This document shows, in pieces, positions 63,580-64,000 of a stretch of 64,000 bases of DNA. Both the position numbers and the translations under genes were made by a program. The stretch comes from Rhynchobatus australiae (Eukaryota): the NCBI GenBank assembly GCA_034780895.1, contig JAUZTB010000107.1, positions 63,590,435 through 63,654,434 of the forward strand, in the 5' to 3' direction. Every line of letters starts with the position of its first letter. Position 1 is the first letter of the stretch. The notes under the pieces were generated by a model, which worked only from the letters and a program-made list of their open reading frames with translations, had not been told where the DNA came from and did no database searches.

Positions 63580-63925
63580 GGCAACACAGTAGCACAGCTG
63601 GTAAAACTGCTCTTTCACAATTCGAGCTGCTCTTTCCCTTGCTGAACCCTCACCTCTGGTGCTGTGTGTGTGTGGAGTTTGCACCTTCTCCTTGTCACCA
63701 ATTGCTCTGGTTTTGTCCCACATCCCAAAGATGTATTTAAAGGTTAATCAGCCGCTGTAAACTTCTTCTAGTGTATTGGTGAGTGATTACAATCTGGGAA
63801 GTGGGACACTTGAAGGTAATACGGGCAGAATAAACAATTAAATGAGAGCAGAATTAATATAAGCTTATGGTCAGTGTGTACTCAGTCGACTGAATGTCCT
63901 GTTTTGGCTCTGTAAGATTCTATGA
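63580..63925 (+). mobile_element. HE1 V-SINE, near full length
   Basis: ggcaacacagtagcacagctggta...tgtgtggagtttgcaccttctcc...cccacatcccaaagatg. Confidence 0.88.
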
Positions 63926-64000
63926 AAAAATTAAAATATGTTCACTTCCATGCTCCCTAAAATGTTGCTGTTCTGTGATCGGCTTTGACACCTCTCCACA

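Overview
Repeat-rich, apparently non-coding 64-kb stretch (long intron or intergenic DNA) of a cartilaginous-fish genome, probably a batoid; the taxon is inferred from the HE1/HER1, DeuSINE and Penelope repeat families. It is a draft assembly with 13 N-gaps. I could not identify any host protein-coding exon: ORFs with recognisable content are decayed retroelement fragments (CR1/HER1, L2, Rex/Babar, Penelope RT) and the long ORFs simply read through N-gaps or low-complexity DNA. The most notable structure is a set of at least 10 short Penelope-terminus-derived insertions, at least six with 10-14 bp target-site duplications, whose consensus rebuilds a minimal type-I hammerhead ribozyme; one is a 281-nt tandem unit inserted into an older copy's hammerhead. 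Also notable: a candidate recursive splice site (CAG|GTAAG behind a ~100-nt AG-free zone) at 26720, a ~240-bp foldback element, an isolated pre-miRNA-like hairpin, a templated 69-bp insertion inside a LINE, a gapless 95-bp local duplication and a decayed ~54-bp minisatellite. Repeat family names come from recalled consensus motifs, not from a database search, and most boundaries are approximate.
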